Below are positions 11,601 to 20,772 of a stretch of DNA of 64,000 bases, piece after piece. Within the stretch, counting starts at the first letter, position 1; each line of letters begins with the position of its first letter. The translations under genes were made by a program, and so were the position numbers. Source of the stretch: an uncultured virus (IMG/VR IMGVR_UViG_3300035180_002914) (lineage: Duplodnaviria; Heunggongvirae; Uroviricota; Caudoviricetes); the IMG/VR virus record IMGVR_UViG_3300035180_002914; one strand, written 5' to 3'. The notes under the pieces were generated by a model. The model did not search any database. It was given only the letters and a program-made list of their open reading frames with translations, and was not told the DNA's origin.

Positions 11601-11686
11601 TTAGTATCAGAAATGGCGCTAGAAACATAATCTTTGGTAGCTAATTGGTCTGTAGATGTAATTCTTCCCATTTTTATACGCCCCAA
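8618..11686 (-). CDS. tail/collar fibre protein with 7 tandem repeat units
   Basis: Repeated fibre motifs ILNKPTTIAGYGITD, APSTLDTLKEIA and KAPIDSPTFTGTP.APT..TNT.QIATT.FV, plus VNSKGLITSG. Confidence 0.85.
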   Translation of the reverse strand: MGRIKMGRITSTDQLATKDYVSSAISDTKKWVSDNYSNDHVQVNPDWTATSGAAQILNKPTTIAGYGITDAYTKTDVDNKDSSTLSSAKSYTDTAIANLVNSAPSTLDTLKEIADQLSHDESTVSALTNVVGTKAPIDSPSFTGTPVAPTADATTNTDQIATTKFVTGAISDTKTWISKQPFYNALPQVSSDWTATSGVAQILNKPTTVAGYGITDSYTKSDVDTALKSKAPIDSPTFTGTPIAPTPDASTNTDQLATTKFVSGAISDTKTWISKQPFYNALPQVSSDWSATSGVAQILNKPTTIAGYGITDAYTKTDVDNKDSSTLSSAKSYTDTAIANLVDSAPSTLDTLKEIADQMSKDESGVSALTNVVGTKAPLDSPAFTGTPTAPTADASTNTDQLATTKFVAGAISDTKKWVNDNYGDDKTQVNSDWSATSGVAQILNKPTTIAGYGITDAYTKSDVDTALSAKAPIDSPTFTGTPIAPTADASTNTDQVATTKFVSGAISDTKTWISKQPFAGALPQVSSDWSATSGVAQILNKPTTIAGYGITDAYTKTDVDNKDSSTLSSAKSYTDTAIANLVNSAPSTLDTLKEIADQLTNDESAVSALTNVVGTKAPLDSPTFTGTPKAPTPTSGDNTTQIATTEFVSGAISDTKKWVNDNYGNGKSQVNADWSATSGVAQILNKPTTVAGYGITDVYSKTDVDTALSAKAPISSPTFTGTPIAPTADSSTNTDQIATTKFVAGAISDTKKWVSDNYNNQPQVNSDWSATSGVAQILNKPTTVSGYGITDAYTKTDVDNKDTSTLSSAKSYTDTAIANLVNSAPSTLDTLKEIADQLSKDESTVSALTNVVGTKAPIDSPSFTGTPVAPTADSGTNTTQIATTAFVTGAINSYIPSKLATGRVLKVTGDISFTTPTFDGSSDISATATLPDVVTAGSYNYITVNSKGLITSGTKLPAYTQELTADDGQTQITLNGPKGSCFAVFKNGVRIPSTAWSVDGTTLTFNDSLSKGDTIIIDSSN

Positions 11687-11967
11687 ATACCATAAGCTCT
11701 AAATGTAACTCCAGCAGTAGAAGTATTTACTACAACACTCTCTCCAGAAACTACTATCATATCAGTTCTTTCTAGCACATCATTAGCAGCTATAGTTGTT
11801 TTGTATTCTATTGCGTCTCCGCCTATTGTTATACTTACAGTAGCTGAATCAGAAGTCGTATTACAAGCATTTATAGTCATAGTAGCAGTTTTACCTACAG
11901 GCACTTTACACAAAACTGTATCTGTGTTAGCATCTGGCGTTACACTACCAAATTTTATTCCGGCCAT
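11674..11967 (-). CDS. small beta-rich probable virion protein
   Basis: 97-aa ORF overlapping the fibre start; late promoter upstream. Confidence 0.6.
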   Translation of the reverse strand: MAGIKFGSVTPDANTDTVLCKVPVGKTATMTINACNTTSDSATVSITIGGDAIEYKTTIAANDVLERTDMIVVSGESVVVNTSTAGVTFRAYGIWGV

Positions 11968-11990
11968 TTTATCCCCCTTAGTTTTCGAGA

Positions 11991-11998
11991 TATTTATA
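11991..11998 (-). promoter_or_regulatory. late promoter TATAAATA
   Basis: Exact motif upstream of the minus-strand fibre operon. Confidence 0.65.
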
Positions 11999-12092
11999 AC
12001 ACTTTAAAAATCTGAAAACTTATTGATACAATATTAAATTTGTGATATATTTATTTTGACTCTTTAGTGAAACTCCGGACCTGAATAATAAG

Positions 12093-13679
12093 GTGATAAA
12101 TATTCTAGGAAAATATTTTGGAGTATCTATGGGATTTTTTGAATCATTAAACGAAAGCCTTAAAACAGGTTTTTTCAAACAAAAACGACCGGAAATGATG
12201 CCAATCATACAACAACAAACTGTAGACAGGTATCTTACACACGGAGAAGAAAACTATTCAAATACAGTTTTTTGGTTTGATGGTTTACCTTCTTCTACTA
12301 CTTCGGCTTTCTCAGATAAAAGTGCACTAGAACAGCTTCTTGAAAAACAAGCTAATCTTATCACTACTTATAGAAAAGTATCATCATATTCTGATGTACA
12401 AGCTGGAATAGATGAAATAATTAATGAGTTTCTTTTCACAGCAGCGAAAGACGATCCGATACAAGTACAATTTGATGATAGTGCTGAAGTTTCAGATTCT
12501 ATAAAAGAAGCATTTGCGGAAGCCTTAAAATCAGTTTTGAGACTTTTGAATTTTGAAGAAAATTCTTATACTATGGTTCAATCTTGGTTTATAGATGGTC
12601 AACTAAATATTCAAGTTGAATATCATAAAAATTTGAATAGAGGAATTAAATCTCTTAATATACTATCACCTTATTACCTTTATTTTGATAAGAATGACAA
12701 TAAATGGAAGTATTTTCAAATTAGAGAAAATAAGTTCTTTATATTTAATCAACAAGACTTAAATGAAATAACATTTCTTCCAGAAGAAGTTATAAGACTA
12801 GATTCAGGACTTTTTGATCAAGGAGTTATTCGTTCAAATCTACATAATGCGATAAAAGTAGCTAATATGCTTGAGTCTCTGGAAGATATGTTAGTTCCAA
12901 TGAGATTTTCACACTCTGTATCAAGAAGAGTGTTTAATATGGATATATCTGGTCTGCCTGCGGCGAAAGCCCAGCAAGCGGCGCTTGAGATGCAAAATAA
13001 ATTCAGATATAAAAAGGTATACGATCCGTCAACAGGAAGTATAACAAATACTTCTGCCGTCAATGCGATAGTAGAAGACTATTGGGTTATGTCAAGAGAC
13101 GGTAATAAAGGTCTAGATGTACAAACTCTAGATGAAACTGGAAATCTTGGCGAGATGAATGACATCAAATACATAAGAGAAAAACTTTATCTAGCGATGA
13201 AAGTTCCTCTCTCTAGAATGAATGTCGATACATCCGCCGATTATGATTTTGGTTCAATGACTGTATCTAGAGATGAAATAAAATTCTTCTCATATATTAG
13301 TAGACTAAGAAGACAATTCAATAAACTTTTCATTGAACTTATGAAAAGACAATTAGTTTCTCAAGGTAAAATGAAAGAAAGTGAGTTTGAAAAATTCAAA
13401 GGTCAATTCAAACTAATATATTCAAAAGAAAATTCTTTCCTTGATAAACTAGAAACCGAATCATTTAAAGAGAAAATTGATACTTATAGTACTGTAGAGC
13501 CTCTTATAGGTAAAAAATTTAGCGAACTATGGGTAAATAAAAATATTCTTAAGATGACAGACGAAGAAATTAGGCAGATGAGAACTGAAATCGATCAAGA
13601 AGCTGCTGAAAGGAAAAAAAGAGAAGCTGAAAACAGCGGTGGAAGTTCTGATGAAGAAGAAAACGATGAAGAATACTAA
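12093..13679 (+). CDS. gp20: gp20 portal protein (start probably ATG at 12128-12130 region, MGFFES)
   Basis: WFIDG, LEDMLVPMRF..SRRVFNMDIS, EDYWVMSRDG and RDEIKF motifs. Confidence 0.93.
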   Translation: MINILGKYFGVSMGFFESLNESLKTGFFKQKRPEMMPIIQQQTVDRYLTHGEENYSNTVFWFDGLPSSTTSAFSDKSALEQLLEKQANLITTYRKVSSYSDVQAGIDEIINEFLFTAAKDDPIQVQFDDSAEVSDSIKEAFAEALKSVLRLLNFEENSYTMVQSWFIDGQLNIQVEYHKNLNRGIKSLNILSPYYLYFDKNDNKWKYFQIRENKFFIFNQQDLNEITFLPEEVIRLDSGLFDQGVIRSNLHNAIKVANMLESLEDMLVPMRFSHSVSRRVFNMDISGLPAAKAQQAALEMQNKFRYKKVYDPSTGSITNTSAVNAIVEDYWVMSRDGNKGLDVQTLDETGNLGEMNDIKYIREKLYLAMKVPLSRMNVDTSADYDFGSMTVSRDEIKFFSYISRLRRQFNKLFIELMKRQLVSQGKMKESEFEKFKGQFKLIYSKENSFLDKLETESFKEKIDTYSTVEPLIGKKFSELWVNKNILKMTDEEIRQMRTEIDQEAAERKKREAENSGGSSDEEENDEEY

Positions 13680-13697
13680 GCGAATAAAGGAGAAGTA

Positions 13698-13883
13698 ATG
13701 AAAAATATAGTAGATCTTTGTGCTAACGGAAAATTTTCGGATTTTCTTTCTACGGCAAAAGAAGAAATAAGAAATAGAATAACTTCTAGAGAAGATGTCT
13801 CTCAAAGAATTTCTGAAATTAGAAAATACAGAGAAGTAATAAAAAACTCTAAACCTGCATCTGTGGAGAAAAAAGGAGAATAA
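13698..13883 (+). CDS. small prohead core protein (gp67/gp68 position)
   Basis: 61-aa ORF with RBS between portal and protease genes. Confidence 0.45.
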   Translation: MKNIVDLCANGKFSDFLSTAKEEIRNRITSREDVSQRISEIRKYREVIKNSKPASVEKKGE

Positions 13884-13885
13884 AC

Positions 13886-14575
13886 ATGAAAAACTTAAAA
13901 CTAATGGTTGAAGCAGAAGAAACACAAGTAGATTTTCTTGTAGAAGCTTCAGAAGGTAAAAAAAATATCTTTATAGAAGGTGTTTTTTCTACAATAGGAG
14001 AAAGGAACAGAAACAAAAGAATTTACCCTAGACATATTTGGGAGTCTAATGTTGCTCAGTATCAAGAGGAGTTAAAAAATTCTACTGTAAACACACTAAT
14101 GGAAATGGAACATCCGCCTAGAACTACAGTAGATCCACTAGAAGCGGTTGCAAAGATAACCAAATTGGACATAGAAGGAAAATATGTAATAGGTAAGTCC
14201 AAATTTTTAGATAATCCAAAAGCTAATATTATAAAAAACTTAATCGATGAAGGTATCAGAATAGGTGTTTCTTCTAGAGGAGTAGGTAATGTTGGTAATG
14301 ATGGTGTTATAACTAATTATAAATTGATCAATTTTGACATAGTATCTCTCCCTTCAGACTACAATGTGAACCTAAACAGAGTATACGAATGCTTTGTAGA
14401 AGGTATCTACACTGATAAGACTTATACTATTAATGAATCTACAGGTCTAATAGAAGAAGTAAAAGAAGAAGCTATAATAGAAAGTAAACTTACTCAAATA
14501 AAAAAACTAAAAGACTACGATAGAAAACTAGTAGAAACTTATATCCTCAACCAATTTAAAAACCTCTTAAAGTAA
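13886..14575 (+). CDS. gp21: gp21 prohead protease
   Basis: IEGVF..NRNKRIYP, EMEHP, IGVSSRGVG and FDIVSLPS motifs. Confidence 0.93.
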   Translation: MKNLKLMVEAEETQVDFLVEASEGKKNIFIEGVFSTIGERNRNKRIYPRHIWESNVAQYQEELKNSTVNTLMEMEHPPRTTVDPLEAVAKITKLDIEGKYVIGKSKFLDNPKANIIKNLIDEGIRIGVSSRGVGNVGNDGVITNYKLINFDIVSLPSDYNVNLNRVYECFVEGIYTDKTYTINESTGLIEEVKEEAIIESKLTQIKKLKDYDRKLVETYILNQFKNLLK

Positions 14576-14678
14576 TCCCTCTTAAAACGGAGATAAAAAT
14601 CTCCGTTTTCTTCACAAATAAATATACTTGTAAAGGTGTTAAATCCTTACGGAAAGAAAAACTAACTCGGAGAAGAAT

Positions 14679-15449
14679 ATGAATTTAAAACCAATTTTTG
14701 AATCTATTGACTCTGAAGTTTTTACCGACGAACTTAAAGAAAAAGTAGAAGTAATTCTTTCCGCAGAAGTAGAACAAAGAGTAGCTGAAAGTCTTGAAAA
14801 AGAAAAAGAAGCGCTTGTCGAATCTATGGAAGCTGAAAAGGAAGAATTTAAAACTTCTCTTTCTGAAAAAGTTGAAAACTATTTTGACTATCTTACACAA
14901 GAACTAAGTGAAAAATTCCTTATTGAATCCGCAGAAGAAGTTGTTGAATTGAGAAAAGCAGCTCTTTTCGAATCAGTAAAGGCGCTCGCTGGCGAATTCG
15001 GAATCACTATTGCCGAAGCGAAAGCTTGTGATAAAGAAGACGAAGAAGATAAAGAAGACGGTGAAACTGAAGAAGAAAAAGAAGGTAAAGGTAAAAAAGA
15101 TAAAGAAGCTGAAGAGTTGAAAGAGTCTTTTGATAAACTATTTGAAGAACATCAAGCTCTAAAAGCTAAATATATAGAACTGTCTAAGATAGGACTTATA
15201 AAAGAACTATCTGAAGGTCTAACTCTACCTCAAGCCGAAAATTTCGCAAAACTTGCAAAAGTTGTGGAATTGAAATCTACTGATGTAGAATCTGTAGAAA
15301 AATTTATGGAACAACTAAAATCTATTAAAGAAGCTCTTGAATTTACTAGTTCAGAAGCTAAAGAAGAGGAAAAAGTTGTTTCTGAGTCTGTAAAAGAAGA
15401 AACAAAAAAAGCTGTATCAGTTATTGATATTGCTAAAAAACACTGGTAA
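14679..15449 (+). CDS. gp22: gp22 prohead scaffold
   Basis: Glu-rich coiled coil between gp21 and gp23; AATAAATA late-type promoter near 14616. Confidence 0.8.
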   Translation: MNLKPIFESIDSEVFTDELKEKVEVILSAEVEQRVAESLEKEKEALVESMEAEKEEFKTSLSEKVENYFDYLTQELSEKFLIESAEEVVELRKAALFESVKALAGEFGITIAEAKACDKEDEEDKEDGETEEEKEGKGKKDKEAEELKESFDKLFEEHQALKAKYIELSKIGLIKELSEGLTLPQAENFAKLAKVVELKSTDVESVEKFMEQLKSIKEALEFTSSEAKEEEKVVSESVKEETKKAVSVIDIAKKHW

Positions 15450-15475
15450 TAAAAATTAAAGGAGTAAAATCTAAA

Positions 15476-16813
15476 ATGGAAAATCTTGTAGAAAAATACA
15501 GTGATGCTCTAGAAAGCAAAAAATTTGCTGCTCTAAGAGAATCTGAAAAATCAGTTATGGCGACGCTTCTTGAAAACACAGCTAAAGAAGCTCAAAAACT
15601 TATAAGCGAAGGTACAGTATCTGGCGATATTCAAACTTTCACAAATATACTTCTTCCTCTTGTAAGAAGAACTCACCCAAATCTAATCGCTAACGCTCTT
15701 ACTGGTGTTGCTCCACTTCCTGGACCAACAGGTTATATCTATGCTCTTACAACTAGATATACTGGCACAAGCGATAACTCAATTGTTCCTGTAGCAAACG
15801 CACAAATCCTTGTAACTGATCTTGCTGATGCATCTACTAAATTTACAGTAGGCGGTGATATATCAACTTCTGATAAAAAAGCTGGTAAAGTTATCTACAT
15901 AGAAGGAAGCAAACTACTTGTTAAAAATGTTTCTGGCGTATTTGCTGCTGGTGATGCGGTTGACAATGCTAATCCTTTCTCTGCTGCTGAAACTACTGTA
16001 ACTGCTGTTTTCTCAAACGAAGCTACATTTACAAGAGTGCTTAAAAACTATACTGGTCCTGTTTCTACAGCCGTAGGTGAACAACTTGGCACTGATATGA
16101 AAGAACTAGGTATTACAATAGCTAGACAAATGGTAGAAACAACAACCAGAAAACTAAAAGCAAAATACACTGTTGAAATGTTCCAAGACCTTCAAGCAGT
16201 TCACGGTCTAAATGCTGAAAACGAATTGATGAACCTTATCTCTTATGAACTTCAAGCTGAACTTGATAGGGAAATTGTTACTTATGTAAACAATACAGCT
16301 ACTGTTGTTTCTGACGCTACTGTTCACTCTTATGATGGTAGATGGGAAATAGAAAAATACAGAAGCCTAGCTCTTAAAATTGATGCTGAATCTAGAGAAA
16401 TCGGTAGATTGACAAGAAGAGGCGCTGGTAATACTCTTGTAGTATCTCCAAAAGTTTCTATTATGCTTTCTGCTCTCGGTGGTTTCATTCTTTCTCCAGT
16501 TCCTAACAATGTTGATGGTCTATCACTTGCTTCTCAAGTTGGTACATTTGACGGTAAATACAATGTTATAGTTGACAACTTTGCTGAAGCTGATTATGTA
16601 ACTACACTTTACAAAGGTGCTACTGCTGCTGACAATATGTGTTTCTACAGCCCATATGTCCCAGTAAGCTTTATCAAAACTGTAAATCCTGAATCTGGTC
16701 AACCAGCTCTAATCGCTGCTTCTAGGTATGCTCTAAGCAAAAACCCTCTTAACCCAGAAAATTACGCTAGAACATTCGGTGTTTCTCTAACAAGTACTGT
16801 ACTAGGTGCTTAA
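15476..16813 (+). CDS. gp23: gp23 major capsid protein
   Basis: LVRR..PNLIA, PTGYIYAL, RKLKAKYTVEMFQDL..HGL, YSPYVP and SRYAL motifs. Confidence 0.96.
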   Translation: MENLVEKYSDALESKKFAALRESEKSVMATLLENTAKEAQKLISEGTVSGDIQTFTNILLPLVRRTHPNLIANALTGVAPLPGPTGYIYALTTRYTGTSDNSIVPVANAQILVTDLADASTKFTVGGDISTSDKKAGKVIYIEGSKLLVKNVSGVFAAGDAVDNANPFSAAETTVTAVFSNEATFTRVLKNYTGPVSTAVGEQLGTDMKELGITIARQMVETTTRKLKAKYTVEMFQDLQAVHGLNAENELMNLISYELQAELDREIVTYVNNTATVVSDATVHSYDGRWEIEKYRSLALKIDAESREIGRLTRRGAGNTLVVSPKVSIMLSALGGFILSPVPNNVDGLSLASQVGTFDGKYNVIVDNFAEADYVTTLYKGATAADNMCFYSPYVPVSFIKTVNPESGQPALIAASRYALSKNPLNPENYARTFGVSLTSTVLGA

Positions 16814-16824
16814 TAGCCTTCATT

Positions 16825-16854
16825 CTTAGAGTCCTCTTTGGACTCTAAGTTTTT
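16825..16854 (+). terminator. intrinsic terminator after gp23
   Basis: CTTAGAGTCC/GGACTCTAAG stem followed by TTTTT. Confidence 0.85.
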
Positions 16855-16952
16855 AATTAAATATCTTCTCTTTGAAGTTGTTTTGTTAAAAACTTTCTTT
16901 CAAACAATCCGCTTTAAATAAATAATTCTATCATATCATTAGGAATAGAAGT

Positions 16953-17780
16953 ATGCAACCAACAATTCTAAAAGATCTAATAGATGATAGAGACTATATT
17001 TTCTCTTCAAATACTCAGATAGTCAATTCCTTTTCGCTTAAAGACTATGTTGAAGTAATAGAAGACCAAAGACAAACACATAGTTGTACAGCTCACGCTG
17101 GAACTTCAGCTTTTGAAATTCATCTAAAAATGCAAAACAACTTCTTTCAAACCTCTAGACTATTCTTATATTATTGGTTGAGAAATGGAAATTCAAATTT
17201 AGAAGGTAAAGATAATGGAGCATATACAAGAGATGTATGTAAATGTCTTTATACTTACGGAATATGTCCAGAAGATCATTGGAAATTCGATCTTAATAAT
17301 ATTGAAACACAACCGCCTCAATCTGTTATAGATGAAGCAAAAAAGAACAGAGTATTGAAATATGAAAGAATTATTGAACAAAAAGACAATACTTTAAAAT
17401 CAATCAAACAAGCAATTTGTGAAAAGAAACCTATAATAATAGGAATGAATATTGACGATAGATTTTTCTCTGCTGGTGTTCAAAGTGTATTTGAAGAACA
17501 AGTAAAAGCATTTAAATCTACACCTAGAGGCGAAGATAAAGGCGGTCATACTATGGTAATAGTAGGATATGATGGGGATAATCTAATTATAGAAAACTCT
17601 TGGAGTTCTCAGTGGGGAAATAATGGTTTTATTTGTTTACCTTATGAAGATATATCAGGAGATATATTAGATTTGTGGGTAATGTCTGAGATTGACACAA
17701 ATTTACAGAATGATGTGAAACAAATAACTCTTTTAGATAAAATCAAAATCTTTTTTAAAAACCTTTTTAGGAGAAAATAA
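16953..17780 (+). CDS. papain-like C1 cysteine peptidase
   Basis: DQRQTHSCTAHA (Cys), GGHTM (His) and ENSWSSQWG (Asn) triad motifs. Confidence 0.9.
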   Translation: MQPTILKDLIDDRDYIFSSNTQIVNSFSLKDYVEVIEDQRQTHSCTAHAGTSAFEIHLKMQNNFFQTSRLFLYYWLRNGNSNLEGKDNGAYTRDVCKCLYTYGICPEDHWKFDLNNIETQPPQSVIDEAKKNRVLKYERIIEQKDNTLKSIKQAICEKKPIIIGMNIDDRFFSAGVQSVFEEQVKAFKSTPRGEDKGGHTMVIVGYDGDNLIIENSWSSQWGNNGFICLPYEDISGDILDLWVMSEIDTNLQNDVKQITLLDKIKIFFKNLFRRK

Positions 17781-18277
17781 TGTTTTATAATGATACAACA
17801 GTAAAAGTTAATGATAGGTTTACTGTTCCTGGTACTTATTATTGGACTTGTCCTGTCGGAGTTTCAAAAGTTACAACACTATGTATAGGCGGCGGAGGCT
17901 ATAGTTCTAGCACAAGTTCTGGTGTTGGTGGAGGAATAGGATGGAAAACAAATATTCCTGTTGTTCCAGGAACACAATACCTTGTTAAAGTAGGAAAAGG
18001 CGGTACTACAGCAAATAACTCAAATACTCCTGGAGAGACTTCATTTTTTATTTCTCCATATTTTGTTGCTGGAAATGGAGGAGGTACATACCAAACTGGT
18101 TACGGCGGTGTCGGAGATGGTGGCGGAGACGGCATTTATGTAAGAACTTGGAATGGTTCAAGCGGTTATGGATCTCCGTCTACAGACTCTTCTAGTAATT
18201 ACGGAGTAGGCGCTGTAAGAATTGTTAGCGGAATTCCATTAGATCTTTCCTTTAATGGTTATCTGTTTTGGTTATAA
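17780..18277 (+). CDS. glycine-rich domain virion/tail-associated protein
   Basis: FTVPGTYYWTCPVGV..IGGGG, VVPG..Y.VKVG.GG and GAVRI motifs. Confidence 0.7.
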   Translation: MFYNDTTVKVNDRFTVPGTYYWTCPVGVSKVTTLCIGGGGYSSSTSSGVGGGIGWKTNIPVVPGTQYLVKVGKGGTTANNSNTPGETSFFISPYFVAGNGGGTYQTGYGGVGDGGGDGIYVRTWNGSSGYGSPSTDSSSNYGVGAVRIVSGIPLDLSFNGYLFWL

Positions 18278-18321
18278 TTTTAAACTAAAATAAGTTAAAA
18301 TAAAAATATGAAAGGATTTTT

Positions 18322-18807
18322 GTGGGAATAAACAGCAAACAAAAAGGTAATAGCTTCGAAAGAATAGTAGCAAATAGACTATCAGAAGTTTTCGAAGACT
18401 ATTACGGGAAGAAACAATCTTTTTATAGAAACGCTAATTCTGGTGCGTTCTTCGGCGGAAAAAATCAATTTAGAACTGAAACACATTTAGAAGAACACCA
18501 AGACTTTGGAGATATAATCACTCCTAAAGACTTTAGATTTACTATTGAGTGTAAAGCGTATAAAACTCCTCCATCATTTAAGTCTATTATAGAAGGCAAA
18601 GTCACACAATGGGATACTTGGCTAGAACAAGCTGAAACTGACGCCGAAAATGCTAAAAAACAGCCGCTTCTAATTGTAAAATACAATAACTGTCCTATAA
18701 TAGTCTTCTCGAAAATTTACTATGAACTAGAGATAGTTTCTCTATATAAAGACTATTTCATTTATCAATTTGAAGAGTTTTTGAAAATAGGTGAAGATTT
18801 ACTTTAG
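18322..18807 (+). CDS. PD-(D/E)XK Holliday-junction-resolvase-like nuclease
   Basis: NSKQKGNSFER, SGA, GDII and IECK motifs. Confidence 0.8.
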   Translation: MGINSKQKGNSFERIVANRLSEVFEDYYGKKQSFYRNANSGAFFGGKNQFRTETHLEEHQDFGDIITPKDFRFTIECKAYKTPPSFKSIIEGKVTQWDTWLEQAETDAENAKKQPLLIVKYNNCPIIVFSKIYYELEIVSLYKDYFIYQFEEFLKIGEDLL

Positions 18808-18819
18808 AAAGGAGAAAAT

Positions 18820-19107
18820 ATGTTTGAATTTCCTTCAGTTCCTAGATGGGTTAATAAAAAAGATGTAGTAATAGAACTTGATCCGTACGAACAAATAACT
18901 GAGTCTGGTATTATTACTGGAGTAGGAAATAGATCTGTTTTAGATAGACAAACTCAAGGTACTGTAGTTGTTGTTGGTAGTAAAGTAAAAGAGGTCGAAG
19001 TCGGTGATAAAGTAGTTTTTGGAAAAGAGTTCGGTATCGATTACACTGTTGGTGATAAGAAGTATACACAGATTCTGGAGAAACATATTCAACTCAAAAT
19101 GGATTAA
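18820..19107 (+). CDS. groES: GroES-like co-chaperonin (copy 1, intact mobile loop)
   Basis: TESGIIT loop and GTVVVVG..VEVGDKVVF. Confidence 0.85.
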   Translation: MFEFPSVPRWVNKKDVVIELDPYEQITESGIITGVGNRSVLDRQTQGTVVVVGSKVKEVEVGDKVVFGKEFGIDYTVGDKKYTQILEKHIQLKMD

Positions 19108-19147
19108 ACTTTTTAAGCTAAAAATTTCTTAAAAGATTAAAGTTAAA

Positions 19148-19170
19148 TTTAAGAAAATTTTAGCTATAAT
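19148..19170 (+). promoter_or_regulatory. early (host sigma70-type) promoter TTTAAG-N11-TATAAT
   Basis: Same spacing recurs at 29289, 31815, 32889, 34608, 35929, 49412 and 55436, with TTTAAA variants at 41582 and 41920. Confidence 0.8.
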
Positions 19171-19218
19171 TCTTCTTGAAAAGAAATCTAATAACCAAAG
19201 ATTCAATAAAGGAAGAAT

Positions 19219-19518
19219 ATGTCAGAAGAAACACAATCAATTCTTTTATGGTTAAACAAAAGAGATATAGTAATAGAGCTTGATTCTGATGAACTTGATA
19301 CTTCTGATGAAGAAGGTGAAAGAATTGATTCAGAAAGACAAGCTAAAGGTACTGTAATTGCTGTTGGTAAAAAAGTAAAAAATATCAAAGAAGGTGATAG
19401 AGTAATATTTGAAAAAGCATATTGCTTGTCTTATTCTATTTGTGGTAAAAACTATGTAAAAACCCAAGAAAGATTTATACAATTTAAGTTACATAAAGTC
19501 TTTTTGAGACACAATTAA
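19219..19518 (+). CDS. GroES-like paralog (copy 2, acidic loop)
   Basis: GTVIAVGKKV..IKEGDRVIF; colinear with copy 1. Confidence 0.75.
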   Translation: MSEETQSILLWLNKRDIVIELDSDELDTSDEEGERIDSERQAKGTVIAVGKKVKNIKEGDRVIFEKAYCLSYSICGKNYVKTQERFIQFKLHKVFLRHN

Positions 19519-19565
19519 AATTTAAACTTTCCAGAGCTATAATTTCTTCCTTTAAAAGGAATATT

Positions 19566-20081
19566 ATGAACACTTTAACAGACAAAGAAAAGAAATATCA
19601 TAATTTCTATATGGACATAGCAGAAAGATGTTCACTAATGTCTTTTGCTGAAAGAAAGAAAGTAGGTTGTGTTATTGTTAAAGATGGTAACATAATCGCT
19701 ATGGGTTGGAATGGTATGCCTTCAGGAATGGATAATAGATGTGAAGACTTAATTACTTGTTCTTATTGTAATGGAAGCGGTTCAGTCGATATTGTTCACG
19801 GTATGGTTGATTGTGATCGTTGTGATGGAACAGGACATTTTCTTGTTACTAAAACAGAGTGTCTTCACGCAGAATTGAACGCTCTTTCTAAACTAGCTAA
19901 ATCAAATAATTCTGCTGAAGGAGCTACTCTTTATGTTACTCTTTCACCTTGTGTTGATTGTGCTAAGTTGATAATACAATCAGGAATAAAAACTGTAGTA
20001 TTTAAAGAGCCATATAGAGATCTTTCTGGTATTGAATTACTAGAAAAATGCGGCATAAAAGTAATATATCCACAGAAGTAA
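19566..20081 (+). CDS. dCMP deaminase with an inserted CxxCxGxG zinc finger
   Basis: VGCVIV, GWNG, HAELNAL and SPCVDCAK motifs. Confidence 0.92.
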   Translation: MNTLTDKEKKYHNFYMDIAERCSLMSFAERKKVGCVIVKDGNIIAMGWNGMPSGMDNRCEDLITCSYCNGSGSVDIVHGMVDCDRCDGTGHFLVTKTECLHAELNALSKLAKSNNSAEGATLYVTLSPCVDCAKLIIQSGIKTVVFKEPYRDLSGIELLEKCGIKVIYPQK

Positions 20082-20097
20082 AATCAAAAGGAACTTT

Positions 20098-20685
20098 ATG
20101 ATAGTAAATCCAATAGCAATTGAATCAAATACTAGAGGCGAAAAACAGTATGACTGTTATAGCCGACTATTTAATAAAAATAGAACAGTATTTCTTGTAG
20201 GAGAAATAGAAGAAGAACTTGTTACTTCAGTGATATCTCAGCTGCTTTATCTTGATTCTGTTTCGGACGAGCAAATAACTATGCTTATAAACTCTCCAGG
20301 AGGAGTAATTACAGACGGCTTTTCTCTAGTTGATATTATGAGAACTATTTCTTCTCCTGTTAGAACTGTTTGTATTGGTCAAGCAGCTTCAATGGGAGCT
20401 TTCATTCTTTCTTGCGGTACTAAAGGTCAAAGATACACTTTACCTAATTCTCGTATACTCTTCCATCAACCTTTATCGGGAGTACAAGGACAGGTAACTG
20501 ATATAGGAATTCACTACAAAGAAGTTATGTTCCTTAAAGAAAGACTGTATGAAATTCTAAGTGAAAATACAGGACAAAAAAAAGAAGTAATTTATGACAA
20601 ATTAGAAAGAGACTGTTGGATGTCTCCAAAAGAAGCTTTAGAATTTGGAGCTATTGATCACATTAAAGAGAAACCGACGAACTGA
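20098..20685 (+). CDS. clpP: ClpP protease subunit
   Basis: YDCYSRL, INSPGG, GQAASMG, HQP and ERD; Ser-His-Asp triad intact. Confidence 0.95.
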   Translation: MIVNPIAIESNTRGEKQYDCYSRLFNKNRTVFLVGEIEEELVTSVISQLLYLDSVSDEQITMLINSPGGVITDGFSLVDIMRTISSPVRTVCIGQAASMGAFILSCGTKGQRYTLPNSRILFHQPLSGVQGQVTDIGIHYKEVMFLKERLYEILSENTGQKKEVIYDKLERDCWMSPKEALEFGAIDHIKEKPTN

Positions 20686-20772
20686 TATTAAAATAATTTA
20701 CAGAATATACTCAAAGGGATGGTTATTTAAAAATAAATAGCCTCCCCATTTTATCTCACGAAAGGAAAAAGA

